DNA from: Desulfosoma sp.
GTDB taxonomy: Bacteria > Desulfobacterota > Syntrophobacteria > Syntrophobacterales > DSM-9756
Assembly (NCBI GenBank): GCA_037481835.1
Contig: JBBFKW010000020.1
Coordinates: 10,985 to 47,529 of the forward strand
Direction: 5' to 3'
DNA: 36,545 nt
Shown here: piece by piece, positions 26,851-36,442 of the stretch
Numbering within the stretch: the stretch's first letter is position 1
Layout: every line of letters begins with the position of its first letter
Position numbers and translations under genes: made by a program
The notes under the pieces: model-generated
What the model saw: the letters and a program-made list of their open reading frames with translations, nothing else
What the model was told of the DNA's origin: nothing
Database searches by the model: none

Positions 26851-27768
26851 ATGGGTCCCATCATTGAATGTGTCCCCAACTTCAGCGAAGGCCGGCGCCG
26901 AGAGGTGATCGAAGCCATCGTGGAGCCCTTCCGACGAAGGCGCGGGTGCGCTCTTTTGGACTACCGGGCCGACGCCGACCACAACCGGCTGGTGGTGAGC
27001 CTCGCCGGGGCGCCGGAACCCATCCAGGACGCTCTTTTGGAAGCAGCCAAAACGGCTGCGGCCGCAATCGACCTCAACCGGCACCAAGGGGCCCATCCTC
27101 GGATCGGCGCCGTGGATGTCATCCCCTTCGTGCCGCTTCGCAATATCTCCATGGAAGAATGCGTCGCCTTGGCCCATGCCTTCGGGAAGCGCTACTGGGA
27201 AGAAACCGGCATCCCCGTCTACTTCTATGAAGAAGCGGCCCTTCGGCCCGAACGACAACGCCTGGAAGCGGTGCGCCGAGGCCAGTACGAAGGGTTGAAG
27301 GCGGCTGTTTCGGATCCGGACAGGCACCCGGACGTGGGCCCGCCGAGGCTGCATCCCACAGCCGGGGCCACGGTGATCGGAGCCCGAAAAATTTTGGTGG
27401 CCTTCAATGTCAACTTGGGCACCTCCGATGTGCGCATTGCCAAGGAAATCGCCAAGGCGGTGCGCGCCTCCAGCGGCGGCCTGGCCCACGTGAAAGGCAT
27501 CGGGCTGGCGCTGGAAGACCGGGGCCTGGTGCAGGTCAGCCTGAACGTGACGGATCACGAGAAAAACGCCCTCTACCGGATCACGGAACTCGTTCGCCTG
27601 GAAGCCAAACGCTGGGGCGTGCCCGTTGTGGAAACGGAAGTCTACGGGATGGTTCCCGCCGCCGCTTTGCTGGACAGCACGGCCTACTACCTCCAGATCG
27701 CGGATTTTTCCCCGGACCAGGTCATCGAATTGAAGATGCTGGAAATGCTTGGCGGTGAGACTCAATGA
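26851..27768 (+). CDS. ftcD: Glutamate formimidoyltransferase
   Basis: IECVPNFSEGR, DADHNR, HQGAHPRIGAVDVIPF, HPTAGA. Confidence 0.95.
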   Translation: MGPIIECVPNFSEGRRREVIEAIVEPFRRRRGCALLDYRADADHNRLVVSLAGAPEPIQDALLEAAKTAAAAIDLNRHQGAHPRIGAVDVIPFVPLRNISMEECVALAHAFGKRYWEETGIPVYFYEEAALRPERQRLEAVRRGQYEGLKAAVSDPDRHPDVGPPRLHPTAGATVIGARKILVAFNVNLGTSDVRIAKEIAKAVRASSGGLAHVKGIGLALEDRGLVQVSLNVTDHEKNALYRITELVRLEAKRWGVPVVETEVYGMVPAAALLDSTAYYLQIADFSPDQVIELKMLEMLGGETQ

Positions 27769-29015
27769 TCACGAAGCTCTTTCGAAACGCCGCCGTCTTC
27801 ACGCCCCAGGATGCCGGAAAGCCTAAGGCCGGATCGGACCAAGGGCGGATTCGGGCCTGGGAAAGGGGAGCGCTCCTGTGCCGTAACGGGCTCATCCAGG
27901 CCGTGGGGCCGGAAGAGGAGGTCCTCAAGGGCCTTGCGGACGACGAGGTGGACCTGGAGGTGGATCTGGAAGGTCGGTGCGTGATTCCGGGTTTTGTGGA
28001 CCCGCACACGCACCTCTGCTTTGCCGAAACGCGGGAACGGGAATTTTCCCTGCGTCTCCAGGGGGTGGAATATCTGGAAATCTTGCGCCGGGGCGGAGGC
28101 ATTCTTTCCACCGTGCGCTCGGTTCGGGCAACCGACGAAGAGGCGCTCTTTCGGGCGACGCGGGACAGGGCTTCGGCGGCGCTTCGCTTCGGCACCACCA
28201 CGATGGAAATCAAGAGCGGCTACGGGCTGGATACGGCCGCGGAACTTAAAATGCTTCGCGTCATCCGCCGCATCGGCCGAGAAACCCCTTTGGATGTCGT
28301 CGCGACCTTCATGGGCGCCCATGCTGTCCCCGAAGAATACCGCGATCGAAGCGACGATTACGTGGGTGTGATCCTCGGGGAGATGCTCCCCGAGGTGGCC
28401 CGCCAGGGAATCGCCCGGTTCTGTGACGTTTTTTGCGAAAAAGGGGTTTTTTCCATGGAGCAGAGCCGAAGGATCCTCACGGCGGCCCGGGAGGCCGGAC
28501 TTGGGGTCAAGATCCACGCCGACGAAGTGCACGATCTGGGCGGAGCCGGCCTTGCCGCCGAATTGGGCGCCGTTTCCGCCGAGCACCTCCTGGCGGCTTC
28601 GGAACGCAACCTTCGGGCCATGGCCGAAGCGGGCACCATCGCGGTCCTTCTTCCCGCTACGGCCTACAGCCTGCGCAAACCTTTCGCCCAAGGCCGGACC
28701 ATGATCGATCTGGGTGTCCCGGTGGCCTTGGCCACCGACGGGAACCCCGGGTCTTCCTATACGGAATCCATGCCTTTTGTCTTCGGCCTGGCCGTGCTCA
28801 TGATGGGCCTTTCCGTGGAAGAAGCCCTGAACGCTGCCACGCTGAACGCCGCCTACGCCGTCGGCATGGCGGAACAGGTGGGGAGTCTGGATGTGGGAAA
28901 GCAGGCGGACTTTGTTGTGCTCGAGGCCGAAACGCCGGCGGGGATCGCCTACCACGCAGGGGCGAACCCCGTAGTCGCCGTGTATAAGAAAGGGGAACGG
29001 GTTTTCGGGCCTTAG
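27765..29015 (+). CDS. hutI: Imidazolonepropionase
   Basis: PGFVDPHTH, GGGILSTV, EIKSGYGL, DVFCE, KIHADE, ALATD-x-NPG. Confidence 0.97.
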   Translation: MITKLFRNAAVFTPQDAGKPKAGSDQGRIRAWERGALLCRNGLIQAVGPEEEVLKGLADDEVDLEVDLEGRCVIPGFVDPHTHLCFAETREREFSLRLQGVEYLEILRRGGGILSTVRSVRATDEEALFRATRDRASAALRFGTTTMEIKSGYGLDTAAELKMLRVIRRIGRETPLDVVATFMGAHAVPEEYRDRSDDYVGVILGEMLPEVARQGIARFCDVFCEKGVFSMEQSRRILTAAREAGLGVKIHADEVHDLGGAGLAAELGAVSAEHLLAASERNLRAMAEAGTIAVLLPATAYSLRKPFAQGRTMIDLGVPVALATDGNPGSSYTESMPFVFGLAVLMMGLSVEEALNAATLNAAYAVGMAEQVGSLDVGKQADFVVLEAETPAGIAYHAGANPVVAVYKKGERVFGP

Positions 29016-29155
29016 AGCTGAAAGCCGCAAAGGAAACGGAACACCCGCCCGTGAACCCAGGCAAGTCCTCATGAAACCGCGCAATCCCACATGAATGCAC
29101 GCACCCGTGTATGTCTCTGACACGCACGCATCGCCCCCCCACAGCCCTCAGCCCC

Positions 29156-29229
29156 CTAAGAGCTTGTCCGAGAATGGCATATTCCTGGGAGCGCGGGCGT
29201 CTCGCTCGCTTCTCGTGCGGGCCGGAGGC
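29156..29229 (-). mobile_element. Truncated copy of the MITE/REP-like element
   Basis: Reverse complement of the right ~74 bp of the element at 36317-36442. Confidence 0.8.
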
Positions 29230-29320
29230 ATCAAACGCATAAAAAGGGCGCAACGCCCCCCGGGCATCCACTCCGGGTGATGATGCCGCAACGAGACCAC
29301 AATTCTAAGGAGGTTACCGG

Positions 29321-29956
29321 ATGCACGAACTCACCCAATTGACCCTGGACGCATTCCTTGACGAACTGGCCTCGGAAAACCCCGTTCCCGGCGGAGGCAG
29401 CGTGGCCGCCCTGGCGGGCGCCCTGGCCGCGGCCCTCACCACCATGGTTGCCCGCCTCACCGTGGGTAAAGAAAAATTCAAGGACCGATGGGCCGCTCTG
29501 GAACCCGCCGAAAAAGACGCCGCTCTGCTCATGGAGAAGTTCCAAACGCTCGTGCAACGAGACACCGACGCTTATCGGGCCGTCGTGGAAAGCCTTCGAC
29601 TCCCCAAGGACACGGCGGAACAGAAAGCCGCGCGCATCGAAGCCATGCAAAAAGCCTTCAAAGAGGCGGCCCGTGTGCCCTTGGAAACACTCCTGAACCT
29701 GGAGCGGCTCATGGACCACGCCGCCCAAGCGCTCCGCTCGGGAAACCCCAACGCGGCCAGCGACGCCGGAGCCGCCGTGCAAATGATCCGGGCGGGCGCC
29801 GCCATCGCCGCCTACAATGTGTGGATCAATCTCCCTTCCATCCAGGACCCCGCCTTTGTGGGCGAAGCCCGAGCCACGGCCGCCGCTGCACTCCAAAAAA
29901 TCGAAGACGTCGCTTCCCAATGCCACGAAAAACTCGTCAAGGAGCTCACCGCCTGA
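29321..29956 (+). CDS. Formiminotetrahydrofolate cyclodeaminase/cyclohydrolase family protein
   Basis: FLDELAS...PGGGSVAAL, GNPNAASD, NVWINL; AAGGAGG RBS. Confidence 0.93.
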   Translation: MHELTQLTLDAFLDELASENPVPGGGSVAALAGALAAALTTMVARLTVGKEKFKDRWAALEPAEKDAALLMEKFQTLVQRDTDAYRAVVESLRLPKDTAEQKAARIEAMQKAFKEAARVPLETLLNLERLMDHAAQALRSGNPNAASDAGAAVQMIRAGAAIAAYNVWINLPSIQDPAFVGEARATAAAALQKIEDVASQCHEKLVKELTA

Positions 29957-30050
29957 GCCCCTGAGCCGCCACACCGGTCGCCCTCTGCGGGCGGGAACGG
30001 CGCTCTGTGTTTCACGGAATCGGCACGCGGTTCAAACCCTCTGTATCATG

Positions 30051-30851
30051 TTACAAAAAAGACGCGCGATACCAGAGAGGGAACTCGTTCTCTTGGCGTT
30101 TCAGTTGAGCCTCCAGGCGGCGCGCGTCGGGTTCGAAGCGCTCAAGGAGGCGATGGAAGGCGCCGTCGTGATGGAGATGTTTGCTATGGCACAGTTCGTG
30201 GACAATGACCAAACGCGCCAGCTGAGCCGGCAGAAACAAAACCGCCGCGTTGAGGCTCAAATGTCCGCGGCTGGAGTAACTTCCCCAGCGGGTTCGTGGG
30301 CAGCGGATGGTGAGCCGCCCGTATGAAAGCCCCGTTTCCCGGCCGATTTTTTCCACCCACGGGGGAAGCCGCAATTTTCCCTGGGCCTGAAGCCAGGTTC
30401 TGAGGAGGCGGCAGCAGCCCGGAACTTGCAAGACATCCCCCCGGATCCGGATGTGCGGCTTGGGCTCCGCGATCCACGTAGCCTGCAGGCGAGCGTGAGG
30501 CTCGAGATCGTAAAAGACATCCCAAGTTTCATCGACGGCCCTAAGAGAGATCTTCTCGGGGAGAATCTCGGGGGAAAGGATTTTATCGGGGTGTTCCTGC
30601 GCAGCGGTCAGGTTTTTTTGGATCCAGAGGCGGTGGACCTCCAAAATGCGGGGAAGCTCCGCCCGGTCGAACCCCTTGGGGACTGTAAGCACCAACCCCG
30701 CATCAGGCCGAATGCGCAGGATCACTCGTCGAGCGCGGCTGTTTTCCTTGAGGCGGTATGGCGGAGGCCAATCGGTCGGTTTTTTTCGTTCCATGCCTTT
30801 CCAAGAATGCGCGCACGTCTTCCGCAGCCACCCCAGGTTCATCGCCCCCAT
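30051..30851 (-). CDS. YgjP/DUF45 (M48/SprT-like) zinc metalloprotease-family protein (start uncertain)
   Basis: TRWGSYS, VIVHELCH...H...F motif. Confidence 0.88.
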   Translation of the reverse strand: MGAMNLGWLRKTCAHSWKGMERKKPTDWPPPYRLKENSRARRVILRIRPDAGLVLTVPKGFDRAELPRILEVHRLWIQKNLTAAQEHPDKILSPEILPEKISLRAVDETWDVFYDLEPHARLQATWIAEPKPHIRIRGDVLQVPGCCRLLRTWLQAQGKLRLPPWVEKIGRETGLSYGRLTIRCPRTRWGSYSSRGHLSLNAAVLFLPAQLARLVIVHELCHSKHLHHDGAFHRLLERFEPDARRLEAQLKRQENEFPLWYRASFL

Positions 30852-30883
30852 GAATTTTCATTTGCGCATAGCACATCTAAAGT

Positions 30884-31951
30884 TTGCATGCAATTTCACC
30901 GATGAGGGGTTCAGAAGAAGACATGCCCACGGGAGGGCCCCAGGTGATGCTCACCCCCCATAGGAGGCTCGGTCTCCACAAGACGATCGGATGTTTTGTA
31001 GGCCCCTTTGTTTTGACGATTTGCATCATCCTATCTCTTTTCAGCCAACGGGTTTATGGTTCTCCACCCTCAACATCCCCCGAGTGTGCCCCTGAAAGTC
31101 AAGGGCCCTCAGGTCGGCAGGGAGAGCCCGGAGCCCTTTCCGACAAGGCAGACGGCCCCCCCGTGCCTTGGAAGCTTCCACCGCTTCCTCCGGAGCGACA
31201 GAACTCCATAAGACGTGTGGAGGTCTCCGAGCCTTTGAAAATGATTTCCTTGACTTTCGATCTTTGTGAAACCCAAAGAGAAACCTCGGGCTATGATCGG
31301 CGCATCGTCTCCGTACTCAAGGAACACAACGTCAAAGCGACGTTTTTTGCGAGCGGCAAGTGGATGCAGTCGCATCCCCGGGAAAGCTTGGAAATCATGA
31401 CGCATCCCTTGTTCGAACTGGGGGCTCACGGCTGGGCCCACGAGAATTTCCGGCATCTGCGCCGTGCCGAGGCCGAAAAGATACTCATTCGGACCCAGCT
31501 GTTTTACGATACCCTGTTTCGTGAAATCCAAAAGCCGCAAAGTGTCGCCGATCATGGCGCAACGCCTGATCGCCCGCACTCGGCTTTGTCCTTGTTCAGG
31601 TTCCCTTACGGCACGTGCAACACCGAGGTCCTTCAGCTCCTTGCCGATTACGGCATCGCAGCCATTCAGTGGGACGTGGTCAGCGGGGATGCCGTGAAGG
31701 GCCGGACGGCGAAAGAGATCACCAGAGTCGTCTTGGGGCAATCCAGGCCTGGATCCATTGTCGTATTCCACGCCAACGGCAAAGGACACGGAACGGCCGA
31801 GGCCTTACCGGGATTGATCTCCGCCCTGCGAAGGCAGGGCTTTGAGTTCGCCAAGGTAAGCGAACTCCTTGATGCGGGAAAGCCCGTCACCACACCGGAC
31901 TGCTATGAACTCCACCCGGGGGACGACAAGCGCTATGACCGATTCCGCTGA
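30884..31951 (+). CDS. Polysaccharide deacetylase family protein (start uncertain)
   Basis: SLTFD, KATFF, HGWAH, FRFPYG, WDVVSGD and GSIVVFH NodB motifs; N-terminal hydrophobic segment. Confidence 0.9.
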   Translation: MHAISPMRGSEEDMPTGGPQVMLTPHRRLGLHKTIGCFVGPFVLTICIILSLFSQRVYGSPPSTSPECAPESQGPSGRQGEPGALSDKADGPPVPWKLPPLPPERQNSIRRVEVSEPLKMISLTFDLCETQRETSGYDRRIVSVLKEHNVKATFFASGKWMQSHPRESLEIMTHPLFELGAHGWAHENFRHLRRAEAEKILIRTQLFYDTLFREIQKPQSVADHGATPDRPHSALSLFRFPYGTCNTEVLQLLADYGIAAIQWDVVSGDAVKGRTAKEITRVVLGQSRPGSIVVFHANGKGHGTAEALPGLISALRRQGFEFAKVSELLDAGKPVTTPDCYELHPGDDKRYDRFR

Positions 31952-32484
31952 GAAACGGCTTTCTTGAACTCCGACAAGGGCGCAATGGACTTTCTCAAAA
32001 GGATCTCGGACTCGCCCCGAAAGAAATAATCGCAGAGCTCACCAACGACCTCATACCCAAGTTTCTTGTAGAATCTTTGCGCATCGCCATTGAAAGACGA
32101 GACGAAAAGAAACACATTGGGAGCCTCGGAAAATATGCGTTTTTCCGCATAATTCATAAGCTGGCGCCCGATGCCTTTGTTTCGCCATTGCGGGGCCACG
32201 CAAATCGACTGAATGTATCCGGTAAGAGCCCCTTTCATGAGGATAATGACGACGCCCACGGCCTGTTTACCCGTATATCCCACATAGACTTCTCTCCACG
32301 GATCGTTCATGATTTTCAATAAAACGTCGCGATGGATCTTCAGCGTGAGCCAAGGTTCCGAGGCGGCCATGAGTTCGGCACACCAAAGGGCTTCTTCAGG
32401 AGTGGAGAGCTTCTTGATGTCTACAGAGTGGCCTGGGGGGCCTTCAAGGCGCCCCGAGGAAAGGACTCGTTCCTTGCGTTCCAT
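31933..32484 (-). CDS. GNAT-family N-acetyltransferase
   Basis: ICVAPQWRNKGIGRQLM acetyl-CoA motif and N...FYKKLGY; TGATG coupling to the upstream gene. Confidence 0.9.
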   Translation of the reverse strand: MERKERVLSSGRLEGPPGHSVDIKKLSTPEEALWCAELMAASEPWLTLKIHRDVLLKIMNDPWREVYVGYTGKQAVGVVIILMKGALTGYIQSICVAPQWRNKGIGRQLMNYAEKRIFSEAPNVFLFVSSFNGDAQRFYKKLGYEVVGELCDYFFRGESEILLRKSIAPLSEFKKAVSQRNRS

Positions 32485-33278
32485 CAAAACAGATCCTTTC
32501 GGCGGTTTTGAAGGGACGGGAGCTTTTGGCGGACCGACCGAACCCGCTGCGAAGAAATCCGAGCGCTCACAAGGTCTTCGCCTTCACCGGCGGAGGCGAC
32601 GGGAACCCCGAAGGGATCGAAGATGGTGCTCCGCCCGCAAAAAGATGCCCCGATGAGATTGCACCCGGCCACGTAAAAGGTGTTTTCAATGGCGCGGGCT
32701 CGAAGCAGCGTGAGCCAGTGATCTTCCTTCATGGAACCCTGATACCAGGCCGATGGAACGAGGACCGCCTCGGCCCCTTGGTCGGCCAGATAACGGAACA
32801 GTTCGGGAAAGCGAAGATCGTAGCAGATCGCCAAGCCCACACGGAGCCCATGGATGGAAACCACAGGCGGAGGCTGGTCTCCCGCAACCATGGTCTTGGA
32901 TTCACGGACGTTGAGCGCATCAAAAAGGTGAAGCTTCCGGTAGGCGGCAAGGGTTTCGCCTTCAGGGCCCAAGATCACGGCCGTGTTGTAGACCCGATCC
33001 GGGTCGGGAGACGGTTCCCAGATGCCGGCGACAATGCTCATGCCGAAGCTTTGGGCCGTGCGCGCCAGTTCGTCGACAAAGTTCACCGCAGTGTCTCGAA
33101 GGAGCCGGACCGGCGGATGCCCGGGAGAAGGAAGCCCCATGAACATTTCGGGCAAAACGAGGATCTTCGCGCCTTCCTCGGCGGCGGCTTGAGCGTGGCG
33201 GCGGGCCGTTTCCAGATTGCGAGCCGGGTCCGGGCTTCCTTCCACCTGCGCCACTGCCAGGGTCACGACGACGTCCAT
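32484..33278 (-). CDS. Carbon-nitrogen hydrolase (Nit1/YbeM-like amidase)
   Basis: E-K-C triad motifs VLPEM, YRKLHLFD and ICYDLRFPE, plus RARAIEN; start ATG 33278 with an AGGAGG-like RBS. Confidence 0.93.
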   Translation of the reverse strand: MDVVVTLAVAQVEGSPDPARNLETARRHAQAAAEEGAKILVLPEMFMGLPSPGHPPVRLLRDTAVNFVDELARTAQSFGMSIVAGIWEPSPDPDRVYNTAVILGPEGETLAAYRKLHLFDALNVRESKTMVAGDQPPPVVSIHGLRVGLAICYDLRFPELFRYLADQGAEAVLVPSAWYQGSMKEDHWLTLLRARAIENTFYVAGCNLIGASFCGRSTIFDPFGVPVASAGEGEDLVSARISSQRVRSVRQKLPSLQNRRKDLF

Positions 33279-33483
33279 GTGGAATCCCCCTCCTTGAGCT
33301 CTCTGTCTACGGGAAGCCATTTCGCTTCCACAAGATATGGGGCGGCGACCTCTGCAATACCCTTTTCCAAAAGCGCCCATGGAGCGATGGATACGGCGGA
33401 TCGCATGACACTTGCCCCGAATGGGCCGTGATAAACGATACAAGGCACTGCAACAGCCCGCCGGCCGGACGGCCTCTCATCGC

Positions 33484-33951
33484 TTACGAGTTAAGCCGCC
33501 ACAGGTAAAAATTAAGCACAGCAGCAAATCCCACCCAACAGAGGTACGGCACCATCAGGACTCCCGCCGGAGCCGTAACGCGCCAGAAACCTATGGTCGT
33601 TGCCAAGATCATCACCCAGAGCACGACGATCTCGATGAAGGCAAGTCCCGGCTGGTGCGCTCCGAAAAAGAGAAACGACCAGAGCGAGTTTAGAACCAAC
33701 TGGGCGACGAACAGTCCAAGAGCCACAGGGGCGCCGGAAAAGCCCGCTTTGCGCCACACCAGCCACGCAGCGATGCCCATGAGAACGTAAAGCGTCGACC
33801 ACACAGGGCCGAACACAGCGTTGGGGGGAGTCCAGTCGGGCTTGACCAGGGATGCGTACCATTCCCCAGGCGTAAACCGGGATCCGACCCACCCGGCAGC
33901 CAGGGAGACAATGAGGCAGATCACAAGTCCCACTGCCCGGCTCTTCATCAC
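33484..33951 (-). CDS. tspO: TspO/MBR tryptophan-rich sensory protein
   Basis: WYASLVKPDWTPP, FGPVW, LNSLWSFLFF, PYLCWVGFA. Confidence 0.95.
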   Translation of the reverse strand: MMKSRAVGLVICLIVSLAAGWVGSRFTPGEWYASLVKPDWTPPNAVFGPVWSTLYVLMGIAAWLVWRKAGFSGAPVALGLFVAQLVLNSLWSFLFFGAHQPGLAFIEIVVLWVMILATTIGFWRVTAPAGVLMVPYLCWVGFAAVLNFYLWRLNS

Positions 33952-34059
33952 CGATGTCTCCTTTTTATAGTCCTTATTCTACCGGTTTTGTGGACTTGGC
34001 ACCCTGGAGGACACACCGCTTCTTCTCCAATCCTGCCATGGACAACTTTCGTCAGCAGT

Positions 34060-34570
34060 TTCAAAGACATCCGCCGCCGCGTAAACGTTCTTGCAGTGCC
34101 CATTCAAAATAGACTATCTCGGAGAGTACGAAAAGTGCGTGAGCCGCTCCTGCCACCCCAAACCGGATCCGATGACGCTTTGGCTTTCCAGGCGCACATC
34201 CCGGCCGGCGCCCGGACTCCGGCGGATCCCAAAAGCTCGCAGCCCAGGACCCCCAGCGGAGCGTAGAACACGGCGCCCATCGGGTTTTCAACCGGCCTCA
34301 AGGCCTGCCAATGACCTCTCATGCGCTCCTCCACCGGCTTCCTTGCTGAACGGAAATCCCGGGATTCGGCGCAAAAGGCCGCACAGCCCGCCTCCAAGTC
34401 GGCCCGGCTCTCTCCCACCACCCGCCTGCATACAGGAAACGGGAATGGGGATTTCCCGCCCCGCCGGCACCAGGATGGTCGTGTTGACGGTCCGGTTCTG
34501 CTTGCCGCCCAAAAACTCCTCCCCCTCCAGGATGAGCACCCGAAATTGCCCCCCGTTTACCCCCCGACAG
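34060..34570 (-). pseudogene. Degraded ARPP-1/DUF6569-like gene remnant (boundaries approximate)
   Basis: VLILEGEEFLGGKQNRTVNTTILVPAGREIPIPVSC at about 34540-34430 resembles the family core. The apparent continuation (LRPVENPMGAVF...GVLGCEL) is in another frame, and the 5' end abuts the repeat element. Confidence 0.6.
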
Positions 34571-34582
34571 CCCGAAACAGAA

Positions 34583-34691
34583 AACGAACCCGAAGGCCTC
34601 TTCTCCTGGGAGCGCGGGCCTCCGGCCCGCACGAGAAGCGGGCGAGACGCCCGCGCTCCCAGGAATATGCCATTCTCGGACAAGTTCTTAG
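34583..34691 (+). mobile_element. Near-complete copy of the MITE/REP-like element lacking the left terminal repeat
   Basis: About 109 bp almost identical to 36334-36442. Confidence 0.85.
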
Positions 34692-35117
34692 GATGATTCG
34701 ACATACAAGTTTTGTCTCCATGCCGTCCTCCGTTCTCCTTTCGGCCCTTATGCCCGCCCCGCTCGAGCCGACCCCGTCGACCGCGGGGGTATCCAATGGG
34801 CGGGCTTCGTTGCGGGTGTGACCTTAGCCTCAACCCTTGTCATTTGGGGGACGGCCGGATGCATTTTTTCGAAAAACCTAATCTTTATGGAATTGCATAG
34901 AGTTAGCCATCGGCCAGGGCCTGGGGGATGCGGCATCATGCACATTTTTCTCAAGGCGATATCCCTTTGGGCCGATTCTTCGACCAAGAGCGGACCCCCG
35001 CCCCTTTGCACCAGATGGGGCGCAGGGAAAGGGTTTTGGTCGGTCAAGGTCTCATGCCATCCCAGGCTTTTGGGAGCGCCGGTTTCGGTCAGGCTCGTGG
35101 AATCGGGGAGGGAAAAC

Positions 35118-36206
35118 ATGTCGGACGGTTATTTCCAGCAGCTGGGCAAACTCTTGAAGATGGTGGACTGCCTGGCGAAGCCCCAGGGCGCCCGGATCCA
35201 GGATCTCCGGAAGGTCCTCGAGTGCGAAGAAAGAACGGTTTATCGCTGGATCAACACGCTGGAGGAGTTGGGTTTTCCTCTGGAAGAGTTGGACGGGGAC
35301 CGGCACAAGCGGTACCGCCTTATCGATACTTACGTGAAAAAGATGCCCAATATATCCATCCCCGACTTTGGTCTCTCATTGTCGGACATCCTTTTGCTTT
35401 ACGTGGTCTTGTCCCAGGACCGTGTCACGCGCGGCACACACATGGAAGAACGCAGGAACAACCTGATCCGGCGCCTTTCCGCCATGCTCTCCGACGAGGA
35501 GCGAAAGCTGGCGGATGCCGTGGAAGGTCTGGTGGTCCCCAATCTCAAACCCCAGAAAGACTATTCCGATAAAGAACAGATCATCGACATCCTGACGGAA
35601 GCCATTCTTCTAAGGAGGCGGTGCGTGGTGCAGTACCGCTCGTTTTCCAAGAAGAAAGATGTTCGTTTTCAGATTCATCCCCTGCACTTTTTTGAAAGCC
35701 AGGGCGGTCTCTACGTCATGGTGCAGCTCGCCCGGATGGCGGAGTCCTTCGAAGACGTGGCGGACACCCTTCGCGTTTTGGCCGTCGAACGGATCCTCGA
35801 CATCCATAAGACCGGAGAAACCTTCGAGTACCCGAATGGCCTGAAGCCTGCCGAACTGCTTTCCCAGGCGTTCGACGTCGTTTGGAACGATCCCATCGAA
35901 ATCACGGTGTGGTTTTCGGCACACGCAGCGCCTTACGTCAAGGAAAGGGTTTGGCCCGGTAAATACTCATGGACGGAAAACGACGACGGAAGCCTTTTAT
36001 TTCATCTCAAGACTTCCGGCTACGACGATGTGAAGCGCTGGGTGCTGTCCTTCGGAAGGGATGCCAAGGTGCTGAAGCCCAAGCGACTCCGAGCGAATCT
36101 GGCGGCCGTCTACCAGGACATGGCCCGAGAATACGCAGCCCCTTCGAGGCGGCCGGCACGCAAAACGGCGCCTCCTCGTGGAAAGCCCATGCCGCAAACC
36201 GCTTAG
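35118..36206 (+). CDS. WYL-domain transcriptional regulator (wHTH-WYL-WCX)
   Basis: ERTVYRWINTLEELGFPL HTH; IHPLHF...GLYV...RVLAVERI WYL core; WVLSFG...VLKPKRLR WCX; start ATG 35118 after GGAGG. Confidence 0.93.
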   Translation: MSDGYFQQLGKLLKMVDCLAKPQGARIQDLRKVLECEERTVYRWINTLEELGFPLEELDGDRHKRYRLIDTYVKKMPNISIPDFGLSLSDILLLYVVLSQDRVTRGTHMEERRNNLIRRLSAMLSDEERKLADAVEGLVVPNLKPQKDYSDKEQIIDILTEAILLRRRCVVQYRSFSKKKDVRFQIHPLHFFESQGGLYVMVQLARMAESFEDVADTLRVLAVERILDIHKTGETFEYPNGLKPAELLSQAFDVVWNDPIEITVWFSAHAAPYVKERVWPGKYSWTENDDGSLLFHLKTSGYDDVKRWVLSFGRDAKVLKPKRLRANLAAVYQDMAREYAAPSRRPARKTAPPRGKPMPQTA

Positions 36207-36316
36207 TAACGGGACTGTTGGCTTTCGTCTTCCGCGGCTTCTCTCTCGGCTATCGACCGAAGCCGAGCGGCGACCACGCCTTTTCCGTCTTGCGGTCCTG
36301 GAGACAGGGAATCAAT

Positions 36317-36442
36317 CTAGGAGCTTGCCTGAGAACGAACCCGAAGGCCTCTTCTCCTGGGAGCGTGGGCCTCCGGCCCGCACGAGAAGCGGGCGAGACG
36401 CCCGCGCTCCCAGGAATATGCCATTCTCGGACAAGCTCCTAG
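36317..36442 (+). mobile_element. Full-length non-autonomous MITE-like element with an internal REP-like palindrome
   Basis: Ends CTAG-GAGCTTGCCTGAGAA and TTCTCGGACAAGCTC-CTAG (15-bp imperfect TIR flanked by CTAG); internal CCTGGGAGCGTGGGC...GCCCGCGCTCCCAGG stem. Confidence 0.8.

Noticed and set aside
80..33431. Many long antisense or alternate-frame ORFs (e.g. 2059-3420 +, 4007-5341 +, 7072-9024 -, 13481-15259 +, 18500-20518 -, 26164-27765 -, 32508-33431 +)
   Set aside because: They overlap well-supported genes, lack recognisable motifs and are expected shadows of GC-rich codon usage.
34818..35117. 100-aa N-terminal extension of the WYL protein
   Set aside because: No domain-like character; a good RBS precedes ATG 35118, where the HTH begins.
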